NCBI GenBank assembly: GCA_012295275.1
Contig: CM022678.1
Span: 17,794,001 to 17,858,000 of the forward strand
Direction of reading: 5' to 3'
Source: Chrysomallon squamiferum
Taxonomy: Eukaryota; Animalia; Mollusca
DNA length: 64,000 nucleotides
Part shown: positions 14,030 to 28,088 of the stretch, piece after piece
Numbering within the stretch: position 1 is the first letter of the stretch
Layout of the letters: each line of letters opens with the position of its first letter
Position numbers and translations under genes: made by a program
The notes under the pieces: model-generated
The model's database searches: none
Told to the model about the DNA's origin: nothing
What the model saw: the letters and a program-made list of their open reading frames with translations, nothing else

Positions 14030-14322
14030 TATATATGTGGCTAAAATAAAATACTTTTCAGATCATTGTTCATACAATTGTATATATGGCTAAAATAAAA
14101 TACTTTTCAGATCATTATTCATACAATTGTATATATGGCTAAAATAAAATACTTTTCAGATCATTGTTCATACAATTGTATATATGGCTAAAATAAAATA
14201 ATTTTCAGATCATTGTTCATACAATTGTATATATGGCTAAAATAAAATAATTTTCGATCAATATTCATACAGATATATATGTGCCTAAAATAAAATACTT
14301 TTCAGATCATTGTTCATACAAT
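14030..14322. repeat. Tandem repeat, 49-bp unit, about 6 copies
   Basis: atatatggctaaaataaaatacttttcagatcattgttcatacaattgt repeated head-to-tail. Confidence 0.92.
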
Positions 14323-15075
14323 TATTAAGAATAATAATAGTGTACAGCATACAATTTTTCTTCAACTTCGCTGTATATACTATACTGTGTAATAAAAAAT
14401 GTACATGTTAATTGCTAAAATCTTGAGCAAAGACAGACAATCAATATCTCTGACTCCATTCTGAGAAACACCAGTTTCTGCATAACCCTTCTTCCACCAT
14501 TCCCATCACTGAATTAAAATACCTAGATACAGTCACAAGAATCAAGTGGTTTCAGTTTTAAAATAGAAAACTAAACATTCATATAAAAATTATTAGTTAT
14601 TAAAAATAATAATTCATAGAAAATTTATAACATTTATAGAGTAAGTTTCCATGCATGAATAGTAACAAATAAATAAATGTGTAAAGTACAAACAAAAATA
14701 TAAAATTCAAAAGTTCAAAAATAGCACACACAAAAGCAAGATGGTAAAATTACTATAACAATGTTCAAGTAAGTTCGTGGCCTGAAAAATCATGAAGCTA
14801 GAGAAAACCTTTCACCTCAAAATATCTGATTAATAAATCTTTCAAAATCTTGTGGTTTAAAGTTTTATAATTACAAAAATGATTTAAAATATTTTTACAT
14901 GATGAAAATCTCTTGATATTCATTTCAGTGTAACATCACATGACATTTCTAGTGATTTCCATTGGATAAACAATTACAATATATTTAAAATGAATTAAAA
15001 GTTCCTGTTCCTTCAAAAACAAAGGCAAAATGCAGATGGTTTGTTCTGAGGTTTTTTTTTTTATAAAACTATCAG

Positions 15076-15780
15076 TTAATCAACATTCAGTTTTTTGAAA
15101 GTGCCAGGAAGTGTTTCTGTAGCATCTTGTTTCCCTTTACTGGAACTTTTCAGTGTCATGTCAACCATTCCAAATTTCAAGTCTTCTACAAATTCCTCCT
15201 CTGAATTTAAGAGAACCTCTGCCCAATCCTAAAATGTAAATATTATGAATTTTAATAAATAAATAAATAACAATAAAATAATGAACACATTATGCACATC
15301 TTAAAGTAGGACAAAACAAATTAATTACTTGGAAAACAGGGCCACAGAAAAGTGTTTTATAAATACACCAATCAAAATAAAGCTAAGAAACAAAATAACA
15401 CTTTTTATGCTACTCCAATCAGAATCGAGCTAAGAGTTTTTTTTTTTTTAGGAGTACACCAATCAGAATGTAGGTAAGAAAAAGTGGATTCTACTCTCCT
15501 GCAGAAGAATATTTTCTTTCACGCTGGTTACTAAATTGACTGACGGACTTTTACAAATTCTACAGAAATTGCTGACATTTCTTACCTTGTTACTAAAAGG
15601 TGGCGCTTTGCCGCCGCCATATTCCTCAGGTAGATACTCTTCATCAACAAATTCACGCAGTTCCTCCATTCTGTTCCCATGGAAATGAAGCTAAGAAGAA
15701 ATTAAGCAAAATAAATAAATAAAAGTCATTTTAAAAAATAAAATAGGAGGAGCAATATTTTGTACCTTATATACAACAAA

Positions 15781-15821
<41 letters not shown>

Positions 15822-18774
15822 ACTAAAATTTAAAAATAATAATAAAATAATAACAAAAAACCCATTAAATTAAATCAGATTACAACAAAATATAAATAAC
15901 GAAAAATATAAATAAAACTATAAATAAAAATATCAATAAAAGTAGATGTCTGCGTATGACCATATATGTAAAGGAAAAAGTTTAAAATAATAAAATTGAA
16001 AGTAAAACGAAAATGTAAAATTAATGGTACCTTATAAAGTGGTTCAAAATCTCACAATACAAATATTGATCAACATACTTAGCATAATGCTATTTAAAGT
16101 GCACATCTGGAGATGCAAATTTTTTTTTTTGAAACTATGCAATTGTGCCATCACAAATAAACTTTTAACTTACCCTTTCAAGGATCTTTTTTGACATGAA
16201 CGGTTTAATGATTGTGAAAATGGTATCGAAAAATCCTGGTTCATTGATGTAATGGATGCCTTTAAACCTAGCTGGAAATGCATCCTGCACAGACAAATTG
16301 TATTGTTATCAAAACAAAAGAGTCTAAAACATATCAAACTGTATTTGAGTTAGAAGTGATAGCTAAAATTATTCTGTAGATAGCAGTTAAGAGAAATTGA
16401 AATTTCAGTCAATTTAAATTGAGCCAGAACAAATCTAAGTATATACATTGAAGTTTATACATCATTACAGATAAGAAATAAGTATAAGTATAAATGATAA
16501 CATTGATATCTCAAGTAAGAGATAAATAAATAATAAGTATAAATAATAATACTGATATTTCAGAAAACAAATAAATAGTAAGCATAAATGATAATATTAA
16601 TATCTCAAGTAAGTAATATTTAATAAGATAAATATTAGTACATATAAAAAATATTAAAAATGACATCTCAAGTAAGAAATAAGTACTAGTTAATAAGAAA
16701 AGTAACAAGCATAAGTGATAATAGTGGAATCTCAGAATTATTTAAAAAAAATAACAGTTAATCTGAAAAGCTATATATGTAAAAAACAATAACACTCCTA
16801 TCCCAAATGAAGTTAATAGGAAAAATAATACATACAAATGATAATATTGATATCCCATGAAAGAAATAAGTAATAGATAATAAGTAAAGAGAAAAATGAC
16901 AGTACTACACGACACAGAATAAAGCTAACTGATAAAAGCTATCACCTGAAATAAACCAGTCATTGTCCTAGCGTATGTAGGAGTCACTTGTTTGGCATGA
17001 TTCCAGGTAACACCTGCCAAATCCATGAACATTCTCAGACCATACACCTGTGTTGCTTCTTCCTGAAACACAAATGAACCATTCTGAGCAAAACTTCAAC
17101 ATCTCAGCTTAAATATTTAACATACGTAACAACAGATGTATGTATTTTTCTACCTACACCACAAACAGAGATTATGTAAATCTTAATTTGAAAGATTAAC
17201 CATTAGGTGTAGAAAACTATATATATATATATATATTTGAAGATATAATGTTAACATAGTTTATGTAATTTAAACTACAAAACTAACTGGTGTTTATTAC
17301 ATTACATAATAAAAAATTAATAATATATTAACCAAAACACATGATAAAATGTTATATAATGTTATCTGCAGAGAATTTACTACAGAGATGAGCAGTTTGC
17401 TTAATGTAAGAATCATGTAGAATGAATTGAAGATTTTTGTTAGCTGAACTCATTTTTTTTTATCTGTTTTTATTATTAGGTACATATTTTGATATAAAAT
17501 ACAATACAGAATTTATAAGTAATTTGTCACTACTAGTTTAAACATTACAAGGAAACTATTACATTTTTATATTTTTATTATTACATACATACTTTGTTAC
17601 AAAATTGTATATATAAATTATAAAAGTTGTTGCACTATCGATTTATAAAACATAAAATATTAATTTTAAAAGTTATTTGTAAAAAAACAATTTATTAATT
17701 TCGTTATTAACACTGAAAATTGTTTTTGAATTTTGTTTTCATTTTTTTTACCTGTATCATTTTGGCAACAGTCATTAAGTTTGTTCTGAACATATACCAG
17801 ATGTCATACTGTTCAGGATTCCACTTACCTGCAAATCAAAATAATTCGCTTAGTTGTAAATTACCACATTAAATTGATCCTAAAACACTAAAATACTAAA
17901 AATAATCATTTGACATATAATTATGCGATTGTTTAGAATTTTTTATTGTTATTGTAATTGCATGATACATTTTTATTTATCAATTTATTTATTATTATTT
18001 TCTTTCTTTGAGTAAATTTAAAAAAAAAAAACATCCTTGTTTCCAAAATATACTTGTCTTTCATTACAATAAATAAATAAATAAATAAATAATAAAATTA
18101 GATAAATTTAAACGTTTTACAAAGTTTTTAAAGTACATTCAGGCTGAAATCTCACTATAATACTGTTTTCCTTACTAGACGAATCTGATCAAAAGAGGCA
18201 TTTTTATTTTCATCTTCTACCTTTTTTTTATTTTATTTATTTATTTATTATTATTTTTTAACACTGTAAATAAATTAAAAATACAAAAACTCTTTCCGCT
18301 TTGAAGACATAATCCGTGTTATTTTCACTTTATTCTTTTACGAATACGTAAATACAATAATTTACAATTGAAAAATTTAACAAACCAATTTTTTGATTAA
18401 CTATATGATTTTGATAACGATACCGTGTTTATTTTATTTATTTATTTTATTTATTTTATTTATTTTATTTATTATTATTGTTGTTTACCTGGTCTAAATA
18501 TCATAATTTGAGCGCCATCTTTGCCTCTGTGGTCTAATACCCCTGTGACGCCATCTTCTAGTGGCTGTCTGATGTAGGACGGTTTCATCGTGGCAAACAA
18601 ATCCGAATTTTCGAATTTGGTTTTATAAAAATTCATCACTAGTTCGAAGGCTCTCTCCTGGTCGAACTTTCGACATCGAAGAAATTGCAGAAGAAACGCA
18701 TTGTCGGTACGTGCTTTTAGTCCTTTACAAAAGCATGAATGGATTAATAATAACAACAATATCAATAACAACAA

Positions 18775-18818
<44 letters not shown>

Positions 18819-19419
18819 ATAATAATAATAATAATAATGATAATAATAATAATAATAATTATTATTATTATTATTATTATTATAACAATCAAAGAAAGGA
18901 CAATAAAATAAATAAATAAATAAAAACAAATAAAAATAATATATTTTTTTTAAAAGTGGCCAGCGAAATATTTTAATATATATATGCCTAAAATAATATT
19001 TTAAATTTTGGATTTCTTTAAAAGAAAAAGGTTTGTGTAGCCAAAAATGCCTGCCATTTTTAATTTTACATTTTCATCATAAAATAAAAAACAGATCAGG
19101 TTAGGTGGATCGTTGGCATAGCAACACATTTATAGCAAACGTAATAGCTGAAATGGAAAGGAAGATCATCTTTAACTCAATTAAATAAATAAATGAATAA
19201 ATAAATAAATAAATTCAGATCAAATTTTTCAATGAATAAATAAGCATAGCATTGAAATAATCAAATATGACATTATTAAATTTATTTATTTAATTATAAA
19301 ATCTCCTTATTTCGACTAGATAAAAGTAAAATATTTTTAAATTTCAAATAATAAAGATCGTTGTGACATCATATTGTCTTGCATTAAGTAAACCCCCAAA
19401 AAAAAAAAAAAAAAAAAAA

Positions 19420-19450
<31 letters not shown>

Positions 19451-19670
19451 TTATAATTTTTTCAACCAGGAAATATATTGAATGCAATCAGCTGAAACTA
19501 AATTATTTCCGGAAAGTCAAATAGGACGACGAACTTAATTTACCTGGAATTCGTTCTAGTCTTTCTCTCAGGGTTTTTATCTCTTGGTTCGTTGTTTTGG
19601 GATCTTCGGAAAGTTCCTCTTGAGCCTTTTCTAAAAGCTCGGCAGACAGCGTACACGTGTACTTAGACAT
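15076..19670 (-). CDS. CRAL-TRIO/SEC14 lipid-binding protein, alpha-tocopherol transfer protein-like/clavesin family, 307 aa, 7 exons
   Basis: Exons 19670-19544, 18722-18489, 17828-17752, 17062-16946, 16284-16174, 15690-15586 and 15228-15076 are all GT-AG and phase-consistent (924 nt). Motifs: AQEELSE, DNAFLLQFLRCRKFD, QDAFPARFKGIHYINEP, YLPEEYGG, C-terminal GTFKKLNVD. Confidence 0.95.
16470..16890. repeat. Degenerate intronic minisatellite (taagcataaatgataatattgatatctcaagtaag core)
   Basis: The core recurs several times with variation inside CRAL-TRIO intron 4. Confidence 0.6.
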
Positions 19671-19852
19671 GATGTTGTTGTTTAGGAAAGCGCAGCTTCA
19701 ACGTGTTGCGTCGTGTGGGTATTTCCCCGGGATTTCTACGTAACACGTGAACAAATCTGATTTGCTCATGTGTGGTTACCAAGAAATTTCCTGTTTCAGA
19801 AAGTGTGGTATAGTTTTATCGAAAGTGAAGAGCAGTTTTTTCAATGTTACGT

Positions 19853-19856
<4 letters not shown>

Positions 19857-19936
<80 letters not shown>
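19857..19936. repeat. (GA)n microsatellite upstream of the CRAL-TRIO start codon
   Basis: About 40 GA units. Confidence 0.95.
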
Positions 19937-19939
<3 letters not shown>

Positions 19940-20127
19940 CACATGCAGATACACCAGCGTTTTGAGTGTGCGTTTGAAAAACACGGTCACCACAATCCAC
20001 AGCTTAAAATAACTTCACATAAACGTCAAGTTTCATTCAAGTTAAATATACGTTACTTTTATTTAGGTCAGTGGTTAAAGTATTGTTGCGAATGAAGTAG
20101 CGGGGGCGAATATTTTGTACAAAGCAA

Positions 20128-20216
<89 letters not shown>

Positions 20217-20604
20217 GTAACAATGAAATTAATAACATTAATAATAAAAAGTAATAATAAATAAATAAATAAATAATAATAGAAAATGTTTGGACAGACT
20301 AGCATCTGTTTTTCCATCAGAAATATACAAAACAGTTATCTTACAGACTTATTAATAATTTTTATTATGGCAGCTGCGCCCATCGGTAAAGTATTAAAAT
20401 TTAAAAAAAAAAAAAAAAAAAAACATAATTTCTGTGACAAGAATAAAACCACTGGGAAGATTACTGTTTTAAAACTCATCCAACGCGTCCTCAAAAGAAC
20501 AAAGTATATTGAGGTTTCCCCCATTGCCCTTCCGGTTGTCATGGAAACGTTGTTTCTATATGTTGACGCAATTTCCGACTTCCACACTTGTTGACTCTTG
20601 TATT

Positions 20605-20653
<49 letters not shown>

Positions 20654-22493
20654 TATTTCAACCAAACCTGTGCTCTTTAATGTCTTGGTGCCAGCCTTAC
20701 ATTCAGATACTTGCGATATTAAACGTGTGTGCGCGGTCGCATGAGTGTGTGTGCATCTGTGTGCGTCTTCTTTAGTCACAAGTTAGTATCAGTTGTACAA
20801 TTACGATAAGTTGTAATTTAATATCACACTGTTTTATGTTTCTTCGTGTGTTTATTCAGGGAACCATCTTGCAAGAATGATTTAGAACAAATGTCACATT
20901 TATTAAGGTGTTTCTCCAGTTTCCTGTTTGTACCGTTACGTCGACTTTAAAATGCAGCTCAATGCAAAATTATTTAACTACCAGTATACTACTTTCTGAA
21001 CCGTAATTTCGTACCAAAACTGTTACCGACGTAGAACACCTCGTACCGACTATTTCTTTACTACTGATATACCGTATTCTGTTTTTAGATTTGTATTCAA
21101 GGTGTCGTATTATGAAAATTGTATCAGACAGTAAAATAAAATAATATTTTTAAATGTTAAATGAACACTGATTGACATAATAAACTAAAGTGAGTGTTGA
21201 CAATTTCATTATTTCTTATTAATATTTTGTCCTTGTTATCAGTGTGTTTCACTCCACACGGGCACATTTAATCTATAAACGACAATGGTTTTAATCGGAG
21301 AACTGTACAATCCAAAATGAGGCAGTCTTGCTGTTTTATATGTTTATGTCTATCTATTCTTAGTAGAAATTTTATTCAGTATTATCTTACGTATATAAAG
21401 GTACTGCAGAACTGAATAAACTCACATCGCTGTTCAAAATTTATGAAGAAAACTGAAATAATTTATTTATTTATTTATTTATTTCCCGACTAGGCGGCGG
21501 TTACACGGGCTACTATTCACATCCATCAATCTGGCTAGGTGTTAATATGTTCCTACGAAAGACAATAAAACCCCTGATATTACACAAACAGTGGGCTTAA
21601 AATTCCAGACTGACGTTAACTGCTTTTGTTTAAGATTACTTTTAACACATGGGATTGGGTAAAACTGATATCAGTTTGGAGTGAATGAACTTCAAGCATT
21701 TCTTAAGTCAATTAATAATCGCCTGTTTTTTATTGATAGAGTATTTCATTAATATCACGCTGAGTGGGACTATATTAATGGCATTTCAAGTTATGTTAGT
21801 TCTATTTGAACATAAATCATGTAATAATAGGGATAGAGAATATTGAACTGTAGCAGTTTTACTCATGGATAATTCCTCACAGACTAATGAACATTAACAC
21901 TTGATATTAATATTTACACGTATGTAATTACTTCTCCTTAGGTTTGATTGTAATGAACTGTATAATAATATTATGTATTTCATTATATGTTTGTTGAATA
22001 TATTTGTTATAATAATTATTATTATTTTTTTAAATTTTTTTTTATGTTATTATTTTTTTTTTTGTATTGATTTGATTTTTTGTTTTGCAACTATTATGAT
22101 TTGTTTTATGAATCTGGTCAGTATGTCCTCCTTGGAGACGCCAGAGTTACAATGTTGTATATGTTAATATTTCTATATCAGGGATTGCCTAGTATTAAAG
22201 CTCTTTAATTTGAAACCCCGTTTTTCTCAGTTGTTTATTCCTTAGACAGCTACATATATATCAATTATATTACACCAACATATCGGTTTCACTAGATCTG
22301 CTGGCCCCCACTCCCCCTCCCTGTTACGGATATATAATTATCGTCCTACGTTTCACTACCTTTAGGCATTCAAATCTGGCAACCGACGACATGAGGATCA
22401 AATAAATGCAACACCGCTATCTTAGGCTACACAAGGCTAATGATTTTTCATTAGAAAATAAAACGGCGTAATACAATGGAAAACTGGTTGATA

Positions 22494-22557
22494 TAAGATG
22501 GCGTGAATGTTGACGATTTTATTTCTTCTTCAGAGTCCTTCATTGTTATCGGTATGT
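22494..22557 (+). promoter_or_regulatory. Probable non-coding first exon/core promoter of the large ZNF gene
   Basis: YY1-type AAGATGGCG followed by donor cg|GTATGT at about 22552. Matching acceptor ttttgaacAG at 23085. Confidence 0.5.
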
Positions 22558-22939
22558 ATTATTATTCGAGGAGACATTTAATCCATAAACGACATTGAGA
22601 GAACATGTAGAGAGCTTTGTTTAAGTTAATCATTTTTTAATCTCAAATTCGGCAGTCTTGTAGTCAATGCTTTCTCTTCTTTAGTTCATAGCAGAAATTT
22701 AACTCAGTATTTTGCAACGCTTATTTTTATTGCCAATGAAAATATGAAAAAAGTACTATAAAACTGAATAAACCCACTTTAACTTGTCACATTTGTCTAA
22801 TTGAACAATTTTTTCGACAGTGACACTGTCTGCCATGTTATGACCGGTGTATGCGCAAAGATGTTCCTCGTAATAAATGAGCAACATCGCTTTCTTAATA
22901 TTCTTTTTTTTTTTTTTTTTTTTTTTAAGAGTTCTTTTA

Positions 22940-22999
<60 letters not shown>

Positions 23000-23320
23000 G
23001 TTACTCATTCGCTACGTTTTACGCTTGTCATTTTAAAAATGATTTACATATATATATTTAATTATAAATTTACTGTTTTGAACAGGTCAAGTGAACGCTC
23101 AAATAATGATAACAAAAAATGAAATACTCATTCATCAGGGAAGAACGTCATTGTAATGGTTATTTTAGGAGTAAGGATATTCATCATTATCGTCTGTGAC
23201 GAAATACTTACGTCTTAGCGTATCGCTACACTGTCCCAGTGTATATCCCCAGCTTTGTAGTTGCTCTGTCAGCATCGTGTACTCGTTGGATATCCGCAAG
23301 TGTTTAAAATAAAAACAAAA

Positions 23321-24772
23321 ATGGTGACTCGCGAATTGTGTAGGAAGGTTTTAGAAGAAGACACAGATCTGACAGATCACATGATAATTCACACTGATGA
23401 GAAACCTTTTAAATGTGATGTTTGTGCAAAATGTTTTTCACACAAACGACATCTGAAATCGCACAGCAAAATTCACACAGGCGAGAAACCGTACAAATGT
23501 GAGCTGTGTGAAAAATGCTTCACGCGGAGTTACTCGTTGAGGAGGCACAAGAGCTTTCATTCCGGCGAGAAGCCTTTCGAATGCGGAATGTGTTACAAAC
23601 GGTTTTCTGAAAAACAGCACATGATGAGTCACGTGACGATTTACCACACCGGCGAAAAGCCTTTCGGATGTGAGGTTTGTTCGAAATCGTTTCCGACACA
23701 GCGGCACCTGAGGAGTCATTTAGAGGTCCACACTGGCGAGAAACCGCACACGTGCGGAGTGTGCATGAAATGTTTTACGCGAATCTCCGACCTGAAAAAA
23801 CACATGAGAATTCACACGGGCGAGAGGCCGTACAAATGTGACGTCTGCGAGAAGTCCTTTTCTCGGAGCTACTCCCTGACGAGGCACAAGAGCTTTCACT
23901 CCGACGAGAAACCCTTCGAATGCGGAGTGTGCAGTAAATTTTTCACCGAAAAGCAGCACATGATGAACCACATACGAATTCATCACACCGGCGAAAAACC
24001 TTTCAAATGTGACGTCTGCTCGAAATCGTTTTCAACCACTTTGAACCTGAGCAGACACGCGAAAACTCACAGTGGGGAGAAGCCGTACGTTTGCGACATT
24101 TGTACAAAATCTTTCTCGGGACTGTCCAACATGAACAGACACATGAAGTGTCACGCAGGTGAGAAACCTTTCAAATGTGAAGTGTGCGCTAAATTATTTT
24201 CAGAACACTCTGGCTTGACGACACACATGAAAACGCACACGGGAGAGGAACCGTTCAAATGCGAGGTCTGCGAGAAACGATTTTTCGGACAACAGAAGCT
24301 GAAATCGCACATGAGAATTCACACTGGTGAAAGGCCTTTCGTATGCGTCTTCTGCGGAAGACATTTTTCACTCAGTCACAATCTAAAAACTCACACCAAA
24401 CTTCATTTCAATAAGAAAGCTTTCAAATGTGAGCATTGTGAAAAATCCTTTTCGACCAATTTTTCTCTTCGGAGACATGTAATGTTTCACACTGGGGAAA
24501 AACCACACCCATGTGATGTCTGTGGAAAGTCGTTTTCAACCACATTATATCTGAGGAGACACATAAAGATTCACACTGGTGAGAAACCGTACACGTGCAA
24601 TGTTTGTGAGAAATCTTTTTCGCAGTTTTATAACATGAAGAGACATGTTAAAACTCACACAGGAGAGAAACCTTTTAAATGTGAAGTTTGTGAAAAACGT
24701 TTTCTAGAACGACACAAGCTGAAAGGTCACATGAGAATTCACACTGATGATATATCTTTTTCTTGTGCCTAA
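23321..24772 (+). CDS. Tandem C2H2 zinc-finger protein, 16 intact fingers, about 483 aa, single coding exon
   Basis: 16 CxxC..H..H units with TGEKP-type linkers. First in-frame ATG at 23321 in aaaaATGG context. No KRAB/BTB/ZAD domain visible. Confidence 0.93.
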   Translation: MVTRELCRKVLEEDTDLTDHMIIHTDEKPFKCDVCAKCFSHKRHLKSHSKIHTGEKPYKCELCEKCFTRSYSLRRHKSFHSGEKPFECGMCYKRFSEKQHMMSHVTIYHTGEKPFGCEVCSKSFPTQRHLRSHLEVHTGEKPHTCGVCMKCFTRISDLKKHMRIHTGERPYKCDVCEKSFSRSYSLTRHKSFHSDEKPFECGVCSKFFTEKQHMMNHIRIHHTGEKPFKCDVCSKSFSTTLNLSRHAKTHSGEKPYVCDICTKSFSGLSNMNRHMKCHAGEKPFKCEVCAKLFSEHSGLTTHMKTHTGEEPFKCEVCEKRFFGQQKLKSHMRIHTGERPFVCVFCGRHFSLSHNLKTHTKLHFNKKAFKCEHCEKSFSTNFSLRRHVMFHTGEKPHPCDVCGKSFSTTLYLRRHIKIHTGEKPYTCNVCEKSFSQFYNMKRHVKTHTGEKPFKCEVCEKRFLERHKLKGHMRIHTDDISFSCA

Positions 24773-26199
24773 ACACTCGTATTACAATAAGAAAGTTTCA
24801 AATGTCACTGGGGAAAATGAGACAGAATAATAAAAACAAAACAGAAAAAAAGAGAAAATAAAGATTTTTTACATAGATTTAAAAATAAATAAAAAAAAAA
24901 AAAAAAAAAAAAGTATATAAAGTAATCAAATGAAATCAAATAAAACAATGGACATTTTCCTAGGAACTGTAGCTGCATGGCTTGTTTTTATTAACTTTGT
25001 GACGTACATACATCTACATACCAGTGATCTGAAACAGTCGAACTGTCAAAAAATAAAAATAAAAATAAAAAATATAAAAACTACAAATAAAGAAATCAAG
25101 AAAAGAGAAGAAACTTACAACAGCTACAAGAATCTAGGATACGTAACTCCATCGCTGATCAAGGACAAGATTTTGTTGTGGACGAAAGTTGAAAGATTAC
25201 GACGAACTAATCTCATTGATGTTTTTTTTCACAGCTTTGGCAATCTGATGCCTAGCCTTCGCCACAAAACTGTTTTCCTCTGAAATGAATGTGACAAAAC
25301 CGTTGAACACTTTAATGTAATCAATTATCATAAAAAAAACAAAATTAAAAATGTATTTGTTTTGTATTGTCGATATTTACTAATAGCACATTTTCAAAAT
25401 ACGTTTCCCTTTTTTTTTCTTTCTTGAATTAAATCCTCTACGCGGATTTCTGTTATCCTTATTTTTCGCCTATTAAAAAATGTCACTAAAATAATTTTTA
25501 TTAGAAACAATCTTCGCTTGTTGCAAAATGATTGACAGAAAATAAAATATGCCGTGAATTATTTTCATCTTCAATTCAGTTGTGTAGACTGATAAAACAT
25601 ATTTGACAAATGTTATATTTAATAACAGGCACGCATGCACACACACACACGCACACTATAGTAAACAATAACTGATGCCCCTGTGATGGTTAAAATAAAG
25701 TATAGCTGAATATATCACCTAACCTGCCAATCCCAAATATCAAATTCTTTAATATAGGTTGCCAAAAATGTTGTTTGTCATAAATGAAAGTGTGAGTGAA
25801 GGTGAAAAAAGAAAATAATAATAATATTGTGCTAATCACAGCAAACTGCTGTGTTCTGAAAAATGTGGGTTAAAAAACAATAAGGTATGTTTTAGAATTG
25901 TATATTAACATAACCGTGAGACTGAGTAAAATGTTCCTTGTAAAACCAAAGGTACCACTTGGTTTGTTTTGAGATATTCATACTGTGTATTCATACTATA
26001 TATAAAACTAATTCGAAATTGGTTGAGTTCTTAAATTAAATTTGACGAATGGAGGAGAAACCCACAATACATTGCTATGGTTACCAGAATCAAAATTACT
26101 CACCACCATGCACACATTTAAGTACATCACTACAAAGAAACACACATACATCAATAGAAAGCAGCATACAAATTATTACGTACATTAATACAAAGAAAC

Positions 26200-26720
26200 A
26201 CACATACTTACGTACATCACTACAAAGAAACACATACGTACACGAATACAAAGAAACACATACTTACGTACTTGAATACAAAGAAACAAACGTACATGAA
26301 TACAAAGAAACACTCATACTTACGTACATCACTACAAAGAAACAAACGTACACGAATACAAAGAAACACATACTTACGTACATGAATACAAATAAACACA
26401 TACTTACGTACATGAATACAAAGAAACACCTACTTACGTTCATCACTACAAAGAAACAAAAGAAACACATACTCACGTACATGAATACAAATAAACACAT
26501 ACTTACGTACATGAATACAAATAAACACATACTTACGTACATGAATACAAATAAACACATACTCACGTACATGAATACAAATAAACACATACTCACGTAC
26601 ATGAATACAAATAAACACATACGTACATGAATACAAATAAACACATACTCACGTACATGAATACAAATAAACACATACTCACGTACATGAATACAAATAA
26701 ACACATACTTACGTACATCT
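26200..26720. repeat. Minisatellite, 30-bp unit (actYacgtacatgaatacaaataaacacat)
   Basis: Exact 30-bp periodicity from about 26471 onward, degenerate at the 5' end. Confidence 0.92.
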
Positions 26721-27864
26721 GTACAAAGAAACAAATACTGAGGTGCGTCAGTACAAGAAAATGCACAAACGTATACATGGCAGCAAACACATGCATACAA
26801 AAAACAAAAGGATCAAACGTGCGCAAACAGTCAGTCATCTACCTGAAACGTTTTGGAATTATTTTCAAAACAGGCTGGCCAAACTAGATCTCCAGTGAGA
26901 AGAATGGAAATCATTATTTACAAATTTATAACTGTGTCAGTTACATTCTGAATACACTTTATTACAACTGTTTCTAATTTATAAGATAACTGTAAAGACT
27001 AAATGAGATTAACTATTTCATTTCTCAGGTCTCTGCTGTAGGTAGTAGTTGAAAACAAAACTTTCACCGATGAAGCTCACACTTCTGTGACAAAATCAGT
27101 TTTTTCGTTTTGTTCTTTTCTTAGTTTTATTTTCTACCGCTTTCAGGAGAGCATTTTGCTACGATATTTTGTTTTCCTGCTTTAGCTTCTATTTATTTAT
27201 TTATTTATTTATTATTATTATTATTATCTGACCAAACCGATAGCTGTCATCAGTATTTGAGACTATAAAATAAATCGCACTGACACAACTTACCGTATAT
27301 TTCTCTGAGTGAAACCACTGCGGCTAGTGCATTGAATGTTTCTTTGAATTATAAAATGGAGAAATAAAAGAGTCGGTTGGGAAATAATAATAAAATGAAA
27401 TTGTCAACACCGTTTTTTCAGTTGTTGAATCTACAAATTAGCCATTATGTTATGCTATTACAGTTTCTAATAAAGAACAAAAACAAATGGATACCAGTGT
27501 AGGCGTTTTCTAAGCTATTATTATTATTTATTTATTTATTTACTTATTTACTTATTTATTCATTTATTTATTTATTTATTATTATTATTTACACTAGAAA
27601 TGTAAATACTATAATCTTTTCCGCTATTTCACTATTTTACACGTCATCAATGGTGTACAAAAACATTTTACAGCTGTGAGTAAAACAATAATTACAACTA
27701 AATCAGACACATACACTGAAATATACCCATATACATCCATATATATACACATACTTCTGAGTTGTTTTTGTCAGCCTGTCATCTCTTCTCGGTAATATCA
27801 GTACACAGCAAGGAGTAATCCCGCCAAAAGTACAAAAGTACATTAGTAAGTTGAGTATACATAT

Positions 27865-27898
<34 letters not shown>

Positions 27899-28033
27899 AT
27901 AATCCATACATACACTAATATATACAAAATCTACTGGTAGCCAGTCCAGAACACTGGTCATCTATGTAACAATTTTTAATTTTCTTTCTTTTTACACAGA
28001 GATTTCAAATACTACACTCTATTCCACTAATTC

Positions 28034-28088
<55 letters not shown>

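Noticed and set aside
18701-20775. Poly-N/T/I/S, ER-repeat and TH-repeat ORFs
   Set aside because: Translations of (AAT)n, (ACT)n, (GA)n and (CA)n microsatellites.
23438-23986. Antisense ORFs within the ZNF genes (and likewise within the C1q and helicase genes)
   Set aside because: Shadow ORFs of real coding strands with no recognisable motifs.
24930-25283. 117-aa ORF with a hydrophobic N-terminus
   Set aside because: Lies just downstream of the ZNF stop, runs through A-rich tracts and has no recognisable domain. Unsupported.
26049-26887. 193-aa ORF with HILTYMNTNK repeats and overlapping ORFs
   Set aside because: A by-product of a 30-bp minisatellite, open in several frames on both strands, with frameshifting unit variants.
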